The notes beneath the pieces are model-generated. The model made no database searches and was not told where the DNA came from. It worked only from the letters and a program-made list of their open reading frames with translations. This document shows, one piece after another, positions 11,165-23,266 of a stretch of DNA of 56,372 nt (position 1 is its first letter; each line of letters starts with the position of its first letter). This DNA comes from Craspedostauros australis (lineage: Eukaryota): the NCBI GenBank assembly GCA_030167865.1, contig JALAGF010006230.1, positions 1 through 56,372 on the forward strand. The letters are read 5' to 3'. A program made the translations under genes and the position numbers.

Positions 11165-11934
11165 ATGGTGTTGGTTGATAGTCGTTCGTTTGCTATTTCA
11201 TTACGTTGGCACTCCAATCCTCTTGGTGTACACCCGTTCTCTTGCCCAATGCTCTTGGTGCTTCAATCTGTTTCGTAGATTCGGTCTCCAACTATGAGTC
11301 GGTACACAAGATCCTCTCTCGCTGCCTTTCGTATTCTCTCTCTCAATATCGTGTACTTCGTGCTACATGATACTCCATGTTTGATGCATACTCCGCATTT
11401 GACACTCCGTTCATTCACTACTGGTTCCTACTCCATGAGTACTTACCATTTGAAGTTCACCTTCTGTATCCATGATCTCGATGTTCTTGGTCATCGGATC
11501 TTCGCCTCCTGCTCTGACCTGGAGACAGATGTCGACGTGGTGACACGATGACATCCTGTTGACGTCAGTAGGCGTCCTTCTGCTCTCCAGATGTCAGGTT
11601 CCATTGGTGATGCAGTGGTCTGTCAGATGATATCGTCATCTGAGGTTTAGTTGGGAAGTACCTCGAGATTCTCTTGGTACCATTGATGGATGGACGGACG
11701 ATGTTCTAATTCTCTCAGAAATCGTCGATTGCAAATTTCCTCCAGAAATTCTGCTCATTTTCGTGTGTTCCATTTCCATTGTAATTCTGACGAATCACAA
11801 CATACTATTGACACGAATGTAGTTGTACCGTCCAAGTGCGTATGAGAGAATAACGGGTGAACGGTGCACATATACACGTACATCTCGACATATACTCACA
11901 TGTATATCTCGACACACATATGCATATCTCGACA
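11165..11934. mobile_element. Solo-LTR-like repeat, copy 3 (first ~40 bp missing; one extra terminal ~20-bp unit)
   Basis: Gap-free copy aligning to copies 1 and 2 from ATGGTGTTGGTTGATAGTC; ends ...ATCTCGACA at 11914 or 11934. Confidence 0.8.
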
Positions 11935-12349
11935 TGTTCCTTCCCCACCTACGTTCACACTCACATTCACAACCATCTCATCTCTCCAGAACATCAAACA
12001 CCACGCAACTGAACTTAACAGTGATCGAGTGATTGTTTGATGTCGTGATAGTTCCATTTGCGGCACTCTGTTCGGCACTTGTAGACCAACTTTTGTCTTT
12101 TCACTCAACACGAGCGTTGGTGTTGAACTGATGCATGACTTTGCATGTGCGATGCGGCATTGGATTGATCACTTGTCATCTCCTTGCACCGTGACTGCAC
12201 CGTGACTACTCATATAGGTCTCACTACATACAAGCCTGAAGGCTCTCTTGATAACGTAATATAGAGAATATCTAATTGCTCCGACTTCGTCATCTGCGCT
12301 ACTTCACTGCATGATGCGTTCGCTCCTCAAGCGTCGTTGCTGGAGTGAA

Positions 12350-14526
12350 CTACTTCACTCCTCTTCCTTGGCAGTGCCGTTCGTCCCAATCACTTTGGAT
12401 CATAGTTCTCGTGGAGCTGGTTCTAATGGAACAGACGAGGTCCACCAATGTTGCCTGATCCATGGATGAATCCACATGTGCTGTGCCCTCATCCTCATCT
12501 AGAACCTTGTACAGCTTCATCATGGACATGCGACTGTACTCATCATCAATACCATCACTCTCTGCTCCACCACTACGAAGAACATGAATGCCTCCCATCA
12601 GTTGAGGTTGTAGAATTAGTTTGCTTAAATCTAGATGAGTGAACAGTGTATTCTCATGTTCAGCTGCCATTCTCATCGCGGCATCCTTCAATACCACGCA
12701 GTTGTGTTGATCGGCGAATATCAACGCATTTATCATGGTGTCTTTTGTGAGATGCTTGTGGGCCAACTCTGCTTCAAGAACAAGCTTGAGTCGCTAGAAG
12801 CCGAACTCGTTGGCCACAAGGATCAGCTGTTGCATATCATCCTGTCCAGTGAGGATGGGAGTTGGCTGGTGAGAGGCATCTGTATCGTGGTGAGCGCTGG
12901 TGTGAGCGCTGGTGTGAGCGCCGATATGTGCTCCGACGTGAGCAGCAGCGTTGTCACGAGCGCTGTCATGAAAGGATATCTTGGCTGTGTAGATGCATTG
13001 GAGGACGTATCGGATGTGTTTGGGTTGAAGGTTGGGAAGAGAGACAGTTACTTGCATGGGGCCGCGCCGTCTTCAGTGCCATCCTTCATGTGCTGGTGTT
13101 GGATTCCTTTGTCAATCAGTGTTTGAATGGATGGGATGGTCATCATGAGGACTTTGGCGTTGGCCTTGATTGGTTGTTGTTGGTCACCCTGTCCACACAA
13201 GAAGATGGTGCCTGCCCTATTCTCAGTTTGGAAGGATCTAAGCCGGTCTTCTCAAATGCTGACTTTGGTCCTCTTGTGGCTACTGTGTTTGTGTTCATTC
13301 TCTTGTTCCTTCTGTGTCAACTGTGATCTCAACTGTTGTTACAGTTGTTCATTCTCTTGCTCGATTTGTTGTAAGTGTTGTTGTAGTTGTGGGTTGCGGT
13401 GACTGGAACGCTTCATGATCAATCTCTTGATTTCGGGGAGATGTCTTGCACTCATCAAATCGAGGGGTGTTTCGTTGCGATTGTTTTGGATGTCGATGTC
13501 AGCCTTGGCTGATTCGATGAGATACTCGATACACTCCAGGTGGCCATACATGCCTGCATCATGAAGGGGTGTGGAACCAAAGCTGTTTTGGCAGTTGATG
13601 TTCACCTCGCATGATTCAATGAGGTACTTCACACACTCCAGGTGGTTGTAGTGGCATGCCACATGAAGGGGAGTGGAACCATGGTTGTCTTTGCAGTTGA
13701 TGTTCGCCTCGCATGATTCAATGAGGTACTCAATACACTCCAGGTGGCCATTCTCGCAGGCGCAAAGAAGCGGAGTCCAATCAAGATTGTCTTTGCAGTT
13801 GATGGATGCCCCACATGATTCGATGAGGTACTCAATACACTCCAGCTGGCCGTTGCGGCATGTGGCATGAAGGGGAGTGGAACCATGGTCGTCTTTGCAG
13901 TTGATGTTCGCCCCACATGATTCGATGAGGTACTTCACACACTCCTGCTGGCCGTTGCGGCATGCATCATGAAGGGGAGTGCCACCAAACTTGTCTTTGC
14001 AGTTGATGGATGCCCCACATAATTCGATGAGGTACTTCACACACTCCAGGTGGCCGTCCATGCATGCCACATGAAGGGAAGTGTCACCATTGTTGTCTTT
14101 GTCGTTGATGTCCGACCCACATGACTCGATGAGGTACTTCACACACTCCAGGTGGCCGTTGGTGCATGCATCATGGAGGGGTGTGAAACCAAACTCGTCT
14201 TCGCAGTCAATGTTTGCCTTGCATGATTCGATGAGGTACTCGATACACACCAGGTGGCCGTTGCGGCACGCCACATGAAGGGGAGTGGCATAATATCCGT
14301 CTCCCCAGTCAATGTTCGCTCCACATGATTCGATGAGGTACTTCACACACTCCTGTTGGCCGTAGCGGCATGCCTCATGAAGGGGAGTGGAACCATTCCA
14401 GTCTTTAACCTTGTTGACATCAACTCCTTTGTCCTGTGTCTTGTTCTGCTCCTTCCATTTCTTCAACACCGACAAGTCACCTTGCATGGCAGCCCAAAGG
14501 AGTTGTTGGTTCGTAACATTCGGCAT
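12350..14526 (-). pseudogene. Ankyrin-repeat + BTB/BACK-like protein, C-terminal half disrupted (ankyrin part 13339-14526 still open)
   Basis: About nine 34-aa repeats GxTPLHxACxNGHLECxxYLIESCxANINCKD. Then stops at 13339-13341 and 13252-13254, a frameshift near 13060 and a stop at 12794-12796. Downstream frames read LPNLQPKHIRYVLQCIYT, LILVANEFGF*RLKLVLE, ALIFADQHNCVVLKDAAM (BTB/BACK-like). Confidence 0.75.
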
Positions 14527-15490
14527 TTTGAGAAGATGGTCGATGGTTGCTGGACGATTGACGATTGACGTTGGATTGGCTGTCGAGGAAGCGTGCAGTT
14601 TGAGCTATTATGCCTATGGCAGAGATATCGATGGTGTGTCTCCAATGGCTTGGATGAGTATGAGTGCCATGCACTGTGTGATGAATATGAGTGGCAATTC
14701 GATGTCTGTTGTTGATGGGCTGGAGTATGGGGTTGAGTGGTGTGTGTTTGCCTGTGTTTGCCTCCTCTTGATCACACCGTCTGGTTTGTGTGGTTTGGAT
14801 CCTTGTGGTCCCATCCATCACAAAAATTCACTCCGACAACAACAAGAAAGAAACCACGTTTCCGGAGCTGTTGACGACCTCTGGTTTGCGCCACTTCGGC
14901 AAACGAAAATCGGGACCACAGCAACACTACCTCCCCCCAGAGAGAGAGAGAGAGATCGTATGTGGCTGTTGGTTGTGTTCGTATCCCATCAAGATCATTC
15001 ACAGAGGATTGATCACAACCTCGAACATGCGGTGTTCGATCTCAAGCAAGATCCGCACGCGATGGAAGATTCCAACCAGAGGAATCGGGAAGCGCGTTGC
15101 GTCTCATTTGATGGATGGTTTGTATTGCATGACATAATGCACATATGTAACTTATGGAATTAAACAATGGAATATTGGTACGGCGAGTACTTCCTGTGCA
15201 TCGGGTTGGTCGGTACCAGAGCATGATACTCGCAAGTACTCCAGAGTGTGATTATCGCATGCAACTCGATCGTGCATCAAGACATGGCGAGCCAACACGC
15301 TTGCCAGTGCTGTGTTGTGCTGTCTTCAGCATCAGACTCCAACGGTCCACTCCGAGCGTTGGGCATATGCTTTTGCTGTTACTCAGCATGAAGTCGTCGC
15401 ATCCCCCCGACCATGTCCCCATCGGCAACAGAAACCGTTGTTGCCATCGTCGTTGTTGCCGGCGTTGGTGTTGTTCGATGCCATGACAGC

Positions 15491-16591
15491 TCACGGGAAA
15501 AGATCAAAGCAACGCTCGTATTGAAGACACCCCAACGGATCCGTGTCGACGCAGGTCGAGTTGCGACAACATGCGGACGGGATGCACGCCGTTTCGCAGG
15601 CTTGGGGATTGGTGGCGAAGTTGGTGGAGGAGCAGACATCGCGGATGGGTTCGTCCGGCACCTTGACGACGGTGCCAGCGATGGGAAGGGGATTCGGCAC
15701 GTTGCCGCAGATCGGTTCGTAGTGCATGCATGCGATCATATCGGTGAAGAAGCAGGTGTCTGGCGAGGAGAGGCTGCAGCATGAGGCCGCGCCGCAGGTA
15801 TCGTCGCACGTTTCCTGATGGTAGGCAGCCGAGGATTTGGAGCAGACGGCCGACAGGCGCAGGCTTGGCACGGGCACCTTGTAGCTGGAGCGGAGGTTCT
15901 GGCACGGCGCAAAGTCCAAGCAGCCGAAGAAGTTGGTGCTGACGCATCCCTTCATGTCTGGATCGTCAGCGTTCCAGCAGCATTCGGATGCGGCGCATGC
16001 GTCCTCGCAGGGCTTCCGGTCGGTCTGGAGCTTGAGCGGGGCGCAGATGTTCTCAATCTCGGTCGACGCGGGGTCGAAGACCTGCTTGTTGACGTGACAT
16101 TTGGCGTATCTGAGGCAGCCGTTGCGGTTGTTGAACAAGCAACTCTCCTTCTCCACCGCGATGGTGGGGCTGCAGCAATCGAACTCGCTGCACTGAGCGG
16201 CGCAGGTCTCCGGATTGCTGAGGTAGTTGGATCCGGAGCAGATTCCGTTGATGTAGGTCTCGACGGACTTGAAGCCGTCGGCGCCCGCGGCCGGTGGGGC
16301 GCCCGGTGCTCTGGTGGGCGACGGCGTCGGGTTGTTGACGGAGTCGGAGTTGTCGTTGGACTTGCCGATCTGCGTGACGAGGACCGTGATGACGATGGCA
16401 ACGACGATGCAGACGACGGCCATCGCAGCGTACAAGCAATTGTTGTTCCACCTCGTGTTCTGTTCCATGTGCTCCGTGGAGTACTTGAATCTGGGCTGCT
16501 CTTCGCCTTTGTGGCTGCGGCGGTCGGCCGCGGTCTCGTCCTCGCCGAGGTCGCTCACATCGTCATCGTCGTCCTGTCGGCGCCTTGGCAT
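15491..16591 (-). CDS. Type II membrane protein with four 8-cysteine repeats, function unknown
   Basis: 366-aa ORF with strong codon bias; TM at ~aa 52-76; PTPSPT linker; four C-x11-C-x3-C-x4-CC-xn-C-x7-C-x2-[YF]-x2/3-C modules. Confidence 0.85.
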   Translation of the reverse strand: MPRRRQDDDDDVSDLGEDETAADRRSHKGEEQPRFKYSTEHMEQNTRWNNNCLYAAMAVVCIVVAIVITVLVTQIGKSNDNSDSVNNPTPSPTRAPGAPPAAGADGFKSVETYINGICSGSNYLSNPETCAAQCSEFDCCSPTIAVEKESCLFNNRNGCLRYAKCHVNKQVFDPASTEIENICAPLKLQTDRKPCEDACAASECCWNADDPDMKGCVSTNFFGCLDFAPCQNLRSSYKVPVPSLRLSAVCSKSSAAYHQETCDDTCGAASCCSLSSPDTCFFTDMIACMHYEPICGNVPNPLPIAGTVVKVPDEPIRDVCSSTNFATNPQACETACIPSACCRNSTCVDTDPLGCLQYERCFDLFP

Positions 16592-18636
16592 CTTGTGTTC
16601 TGTTATTGTTCTGTTAGTTGGTTGGCTGGCTGGCTATGCTCTGTTATTGTTCTGTTAGTGCTCTGTTGGGCTGGCTGGCTGGCTGGCTGTGGTGTGTACC
16701 TATGGCAGTGATCGAATGGAACCAAATAGGGCGGACTGAGGTATTGTATCAGCCGCTCTGTGAGTTCTGTGAAGCCAAGCTGTCGGTGTCGACTTGGTGC
16801 GTGCGGGTCTCTTGCTCGCTTTGGTTGGGAAACACTGCTGCTGTCCTGGATGACAGAATCAATGCAATGGTGGATGCAATCGCAGCTTCACTTGAAAAAA
16901 GCGAGGGACAGGAAAGCCCGTTTGTGCACCAAGCGCTGTGTTTCTTCACGACACTCCAGGTGCTCATTTTGTGATGTCTTGTCCTGTTCTATCTTGTCTG
17001 ATTGTGTCCGATCATGTCATCGCAGAAAGATTCCAAATGACTCGTTGTGAAAGATACGTGGTCGAAGTGATCGACGGCATCGTGGAAAGTGGTGACGAAC
17101 CACAAAAAGCGTGGAACCACGACAGCGACGATGTTGTTACCCCCTTCATGTTGTTGTGTTGGTTGCAACATGATGGATCGAGATGTAGAGTAGAGTAGAT
17201 CATATGTATAGTAAATGGAGAGAGTAACGGTTGTTCAGTTTGCGCAAGATGAATCCAAAGTTGAAGCAAAGTGAGGTGCAACAAGAGACATCCCTGCACG
17301 GTTGCCGCTTGTTGTGCTTGTGGCGTTTTGCATGTGTTGCGATCTAGTGCTCTAGATGAGTCTAGAGGATAGAGGAGTTGCACGAAAAGACCGAATATCA
17401 ATGAGACATGGAGTGGACATAGAAAGAATACCCAAGGTACTTGGTTAGATCCGAAAAAGCCCGCGGCGGCTTAACTGATGCCAGTCGCTTCAACGGCCCG
17501 GAGAGATGTCTTGGTGGCAGCATGTGAAAGGAGTGGTTCAACGTAGGTCATATTGACATTTAGACAATGACCAAAGGCACAAATTACGATCAAGGTTGAA
17601 AAGACCGCATTGTTGTTGTTCTGCTCGTTGTTGTGCGTGCGCGATTGTGTGGTGATGTTTGGCAAACGGGACCACGAGGAATCAACGCGTGTGTTGGTGC
17701 GAGCGTCTTGGACAACACCCTTTTCATCCTTGTGAAACCTTCCCCTTCCCACCACCAGCACCAGCGGCGACGACGGCAACTCATCGTGACACACCACCGA
17801 TCTCTCTTGGTCCCCTCGGAGCGATAAAGGGGCAGACAACACAGAGAAACGGAGTGGATCAGCCATCGAGGAGTACCTACCACCAACATCATCAACATCA
17901 TCATCAACACTAACCACAGCAGCAGTAGCCACAACTGCATCATCATCATCGACGCCGCCGACGAACCCAACGAAGGTAGCGCACGGATAGTGCCATACTC
18001 TCGCAAGCAGAGGTCCAGCAAGAAGAGAACACACGGGAAGACGAGCGGCGAAGACTGCTGATCGTTGATCGTTGATCGTTGGTTGTTTGTTGATCGACCG
18101 AACACGCTCAGGAAAGACGACCCTGCAAGGAACCGCGGTCATAATACAGCACAACGGAGTAGATCGTAACCCAGCTTGACACTCAGCGACGCGACGTTAC
18201 GTGACTTGAAGCATTAGCATAAGCACAAAGGAGGGCACAGAGTCGAGACCATTGTCAGAGGCAAGAGAGGGAGACGGACGCAGCGCAACGAGAGATCGCA
18301 CGGAGGCATTCGCACAGAAGATTGAGCGCAAAAATAGACGCGAGTATTTATTAGCTCCAGCAGCAGCTGCAACTACCACAGCGATAGCAAGAACAGAGAT
18401 CGAACGACGACCAAGAATCCGGCATCCGAGGCTCTGGTATTGACGATTGATTGACGATTGATTAACAATTGATTAACAATTGATTGATTGTGTGATCGAG
18501 AACAGGTGGAGCATCAGTGGCAGCAGCAGCATCAGCATCAGTCGCGACCAAAGTAACACCAACCAAAGCAGTAGCACCAATCACAACAGCAGTAGCACCA
18601 ATCGCAACAGCAATAGCAGCAGCAATAGCAACGCAA

Positions 18637-19455
18637 ATGACAGCAACCACAGTCCTCACCATGACACCGAATGCAACACAACAATCACAACAGGCACAAC
18701 AAGATTCATCCACATCCTCCTTCCCCAAACCACTAGAAATCGTTTGCACTCCCGACATGGCCACCAGCGCGCGTCGCCCCGACACAGCATCCACGGCGGC
18801 CTCCACACCCAACACCGCAGGCACGCCCAGCGCCAACGGCGGCGCCCCGGCCGTCAGGGTCAACTGCATGCCGCCCTCGGGACCCGCCGGGGTGGTCACC
18901 TTCAGCAAACGCGTCAGGGTCAAGAAGGTGCGCTCCTACCGCAACTACACCCAGGAAGAGCTGGACTCCACATGGCACTCCCCGGAGGACTACCAGCACA
19001 TCAAGACCATGTGTATAAGGACCCTCAAGCTCATGCACGCCGCCGGCAACGCAAACTTCCAGGACAGCGAGGAGTGGTCCTCGCGCGGTCTCGAGGTCCG
19101 CGCCAAGAAGGCCGCCCAGATCCGCAAGGAGAACCGAGCCTTCGCCACCAACGCGGTGCTGGACGAGCAGGACCACCAAGAGGCCATCAGCGGCACCACC
19201 GGCGCCAAGGACGTCGATCGAATCCGGGCAGTCTACCGTGAGATATCCGGCCCGTCGCAGATTGCGGCGGAGCAGATGGGGCGCCGGGATTACGACGAGA
19301 TCATTGCCTTCATGAAGGCCATTGAAAGCATAGATTGGGATTCGTACGTGCACGACTACCAAAAGACTGCGGACAAGCGAAGGCTGCAGCAGCAACGGAA
19401 TCAGCCCCCGTCGCAATCCCAGAGATCGAGATCCAAGAAGTCCTCTTCGAGATAG
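18637..19455 (+). CDS. Uncharacterised protein of a family common in diatoms (VxF...WxSxxDY...RGLE...VLxEQ motifs)
   Basis: First in-frame ATG at 18637; GC3-rich coding; VTFSKRVRV, TWHSPEDY, SRGLE, VLDEQDHQ, AEQMGRRD. Confidence 0.7.
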   Translation: MTATTVLTMTPNATQQSQQAQQDSSTSSFPKPLEIVCTPDMATSARRPDTASTAASTPNTAGTPSANGGAPAVRVNCMPPSGPAGVVTFSKRVRVKKVRSYRNYTQEELDSTWHSPEDYQHIKTMCIRTLKLMHAAGNANFQDSEEWSSRGLEVRAKKAAQIRKENRAFATNAVLDEQDHQEAISGTTGAKDVDRIRAVYREISGPSQIAAEQMGRRDYDEIIAFMKAIESIDWDSYVHDYQKTADKRRLQQQRNQPPSQSQRSRSKKSSSR

Positions 19456-20316
19456 GCGATCGCATCGGCAGCCGCATCCCGCAAGGGACACTCTGGACTA
19501 CCTCACAGACAAACAACGAAACAAGCAACCATACCAATCAAACATACCAATCAACAATCAACCAACCAGCACCTACGCCGTACGCTCTGGCCGGCGGCAT
19601 CGCCCGCTACAATGGGTAACCGTACCCTACTATCCCCATGCCCTCCCAAAGTACTGGAGCATACTCGACAGTCCTTGACACACCATCCATCGCATCAAGT
19701 TGCGGCGGCAGAGGACATCAAGTGGCGTGGCGTGGCATTCAGCAGCGCGGCGAAAGACGACGCGGTTGTATGCCTGCACTCACCCACCGTCTCATGCTTG
19801 CTCGCTCGGTATAGTACAACTATCACCCACTGCTGCTCTATGTTATCGCATTCGCACAACGATCCCGGCCATCGAGCGAAGCAGAAGGAGAGTTCATTTG
19901 CGTTACATGACACTCTTCCTTTCTTTCACCTCATCAAGGTTTTAAAATTTAAAACTCCAAATCAATACCATACAGTTACGCTGACGCACAACTATGCATG
20001 CATGGTACATACTCACAAGTACTGTCACCACTTGTTTCTGTCGCCGATGCATGTGACTTCTTGCGTCGACAGAGAGAGTCACGGAACATACTGGAGTGGT
20101 GGCAGGCAAACACAGAGTAGTGCCGTGATTCTTACTCCACCAAAGTACAAGTAACATGTCGATATTTCAGTACCAACGTTAGTGCTCTGATGGTTGTGGT
20201 TGGATCTACGCTGCTACATGTGCACGTTACGTTTGGAGCGGATTGTCAGTTCACCCTTGCTTGCTCTCTAGCTCGTCTCTACCAGACACGAATACTCTCT
20301 CTGTGTATCTCTGTCT

Positions 20317-22230
20317 CTAGATCGGCGGGTGCGGTTGACCAACAACGTCTCGGTAGGCGCTGGTGACCGGTGGCGGGGCCAACGCATCGGCAGGTGTCAC
20401 CTCGCCACGCAACGAGTACCCCATCAGAGTCGCCACCTGATCGTCGGTCAGATCCGTGCGTCCCAGCAGGTACGACGTCTTGCACGCGATGGCTTCCAAC
20501 GTCATGTCATTCGCAGACACGACGCCCGCCTTCTCCAGGGCCTTGCCGACGGCGTAATGCCCCAGCATCACGCCGCCCGTGAAGCACTGGGTCGAGGCGA
20601 TCACCAGAATGCCCTTCTCGCGCGCATCGGCCAGAAGCTGGATGAAGGATTGCTTCACGGATGGAATGTTGCCCGTGCCGTACAGCTGCAGCACCAGCGC
20701 CTTCAGGTTGTTGCTCTCCATGTTGGTGTTGATCATCTGCCGTATCATCTCATCGTCGAATCCGGGGACCAACCGCACGGTCAGCAACCGCGTGTCCATC
20801 CGTGTGTGCACGCGCAACGTGCCCTTGGGCTGCGGCAGCACGAGATGCTTGTTCTCCGTGATCGCGATGCCGATCGTCGCCAGCGGGTCGATGTTGGGGG
20901 AGTCGAATGCCATCAACCGATGCGTGTTGACCTTTGTCGATCGGCAGGCGCGCAGCAACCGGTCGTGGAAGAAGATGGTCACCTCGTTGATGGAGTCACG
21001 CGATGCAAAGATCATCGCCATGATGAGATTGCGTCGTGCATCGTTGTACGGTTCGCACAGCGGGATCTGCGATCCGGTGAACACGACGGGTTTGCCCAGA
21101 TTCTCGAGCATGAAGGCCAACGCGGACGCGCAGTAGGCCATGGTATCCGTGCCCGTCAGGATCACGAAGCCATCGAAGTGGAGATAGTTGGACTTGATGT
21201 CATTCGCCAGCGTCTTCCAGTCGGCCGGTCCCAGATCGCTGGAATCTCGGAACGGCGCGTACTCGTGCAAGACGTAGTCCGGCATCTCCGGCTCATCGAG
21301 CTCGTTCATGTCCTCCATGTACTTGGAGATAGCACCTTCGACCGGTGCCAACGCTCCGCCCTGCGATGGATCCGGTGCCATCGTCAACGTCCCGCCCGTG
21401 CACAGGACCAGAACCCGCTTGCGGGGACGTCCGTCGCCGACATAAAACGAGACGCTCGGGATGAAGGTCCTCGCCTGGTCGATGAGGTCGTCATCGGCAC
21501 CTCTGTCGTCAACATCCGGGCTGAGCCCGGCCGTGGAGGCATCCATTTCTCGGTCCATCTCGGGTTTCCAGATCACTCCGGCCGGTTCCTGCAACGCTTC
21601 ACCCATGCGCTCTTCGATACGATCACGATCCAACTGTCTCTTGGGTGACCATGGATGACGGTCATGGCGTGCACCGCCGGCGTTGGATTTATCTCCGTCG
21701 GGACTGTTCCCGTCAGCATTTGCGTTCTCATCACCGTGCCTCTCTCTGCGTCGTCTCCCCAGCGTCGTCCTTCCCTTGACAAAATTCTGATTTTTCTTTG
21801 CAGACACAGTCTTCTCACGACCAGTGTCAGAATCAGCACTGCCGCTGATGCCTTCGTCCTTGCTTCCAGTGTCATTGACAGTACCGTCGCCACCACCGCT
21901 GGAAGAGGCAAAGCCGCGGTGACGCTGCCCTGCGTGTAGATTGACACCGCCAATCATCGCTACGTCAGCCACGGCAGACCAAGGTTGCATGGCGCGCTTG
22001 AAGTCACAGGCATGTCCGCATCGAGATTGAGACAGGTGATGGTGCTTTCCGGATTGCAACGGTCGCTGTGGACGGATCGTCGATGAATGCCGCGAGTTGG
22101 CATCATCGTGCGAGCGTGGAGACAAACCCATGGCCGGTGATGATGCGGATGGAGACATCATCCTCACCAACGAATGCCGACCACGCAAATGAGAAAGGCG
22201 GAACATCCTGTCTTGAATGGCGGGGATCAA
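20317..22230 (-). CDS. Type I L-asparaginase (AnsA/ASPG-like) with long N-terminal extension
   Basis: VLCTGGTL, DSSDLGP, TGTDTMAY, LENLGKPVVFTGSQIP, AFDSPN, LYGTGNIP, DMTLEA motifs; single exon. Confidence 0.92.
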   Translation of the reverse strand: MIPAIQDRMFRLSHLRGRHSLVRMMSPSASSPAMGLSPRSHDDANSRHSSTIRPQRPLQSGKHHHLSQSRCGHACDFKRAMQPWSAVADVAMIGGVNLHAGQRHRGFASSSGGGDGTVNDTGSKDEGISGSADSDTGREKTVSAKKNQNFVKGRTTLGRRRRERHGDENANADGNSPDGDKSNAGGARHDRHPWSPKRQLDRDRIEERMGEALQEPAGVIWKPEMDREMDASTAGLSPDVDDRGADDDLIDQARTFIPSVSFYVGDGRPRKRVLVLCTGGTLTMAPDPSQGGALAPVEGAISKYMEDMNELDEPEMPDYVLHEYAPFRDSSDLGPADWKTLANDIKSNYLHFDGFVILTGTDTMAYCASALAFMLENLGKPVVFTGSQIPLCEPYNDARRNLIMAMIFASRDSINEVTIFFHDRLLRACRSTKVNTHRLMAFDSPNIDPLATIGIAITENKHLVLPQPKGTLRVHTRMDTRLLTVRLVPGFDDEMIRQMINTNMESNNLKALVLQLYGTGNIPSVKQSFIQLLADAREKGILVIASTQCFTGGVMLGHYAVGKALEKAGVVSANDMTLEAIACKTSYLLGRTDLTDDQVATLMGYSLRGEVTPADALAPPPVTSAYRDVVGQPHPPI

Positions 22231-23266
22231 TTGGATTCGCGATGGCTGCGGGAATTAGGATGCGTCGTTGCAGGTCGTTGCGCGTTGTATGGTAGGGGCA
22301 ATGTTGCTGGTTGCGGCACGTATGGATGGAGCGGTTCGACTTGCTGGAGGAACGATTGTGCGCTACTTGAAGTGTCTGTTCTGCAGCTGAATCCTTGCTC
22401 TTGCTCCGATGAAGATGCGATGCGATGATGATGATTGAGATGGATGCTGGTACGATGAAGATGCGATGTGGATAGGATGCCGGTGGGTTGCGTGCAACCA
22501 CAACTCCACTGATGTGATTCTCCCAAAGTCCTGTCACTTTCATGATTGGTCCATCCTCCACATCCCGCGAATGTCCATTTCCTCAACGAGTGCGGGTATC
22601 ACCATCCTCCCCCTCCCTTGATGGCGGCGACAATGATGGACGACTGGATGACGTTTGTCATCGGGAGGTCATTTTTCATCCGCATCCGACCTCTTGGTTG
22701 TGTATTTTCAGTCGTGCATAAGAACATCCAACAACAACACAAGAAGAAGAATTGATCGCATTGGTCGGAGATATCAAACGCTTCGGGCATTCTGGGAGTT
22801 GCGGTAGCCATACTCAATTTAAATTCAATGATTGACCGCAACTCCCACTGAACAGAAGAAAAACGCCCGATCTGTCCAATCCAATCAACCAAGCATCCTC
22901 TGATGCTGTCTGCAATCGTCCACAATCGTCGACAACCATCAACAATCGGCATCGATCATTGATTCATAGCTGCTCACCCCTCTCACCAACACCATGGCGA
23001 GCATGAAACCATCCGCAGGAGCACACGCAGAGACTGACGAAAAGATGAGACCTCTCACTCTACCACGATGGTTTCCGTTTGATTCAATCGCATCATCACG
23101 CTGACCTCTGAGTGCTCATAATAGAAGACATGCTCCCTGAGTACTCGTACTCGTACTCGCACTCGTATTCATCAAGCACAACAGCATTCATCCGCACAGC
23201 ATCCACAAACTGACAAAAGAAAGAAACGAAACAGCATCATCGCGAGCACCAACTCCTGCATTCAAC

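Noticed and set aside
3387..11940. TSD linking the left flank of copy 1 (TGCTCG) to the right flank of copy 3 (TGTTCC)
   Set aside because: Only 4 of 6 match and the interrupted ORF2 does not resume after copy 3.
1..14526. Recoded stop codons or RIP-like CpA mutation as the source of in-frame stops
   Set aside because: All three stop types occur along with frameshifts, neighbouring genes use standard stops, and copy-to-copy differences sit at CpG; ordinary decay suffices.
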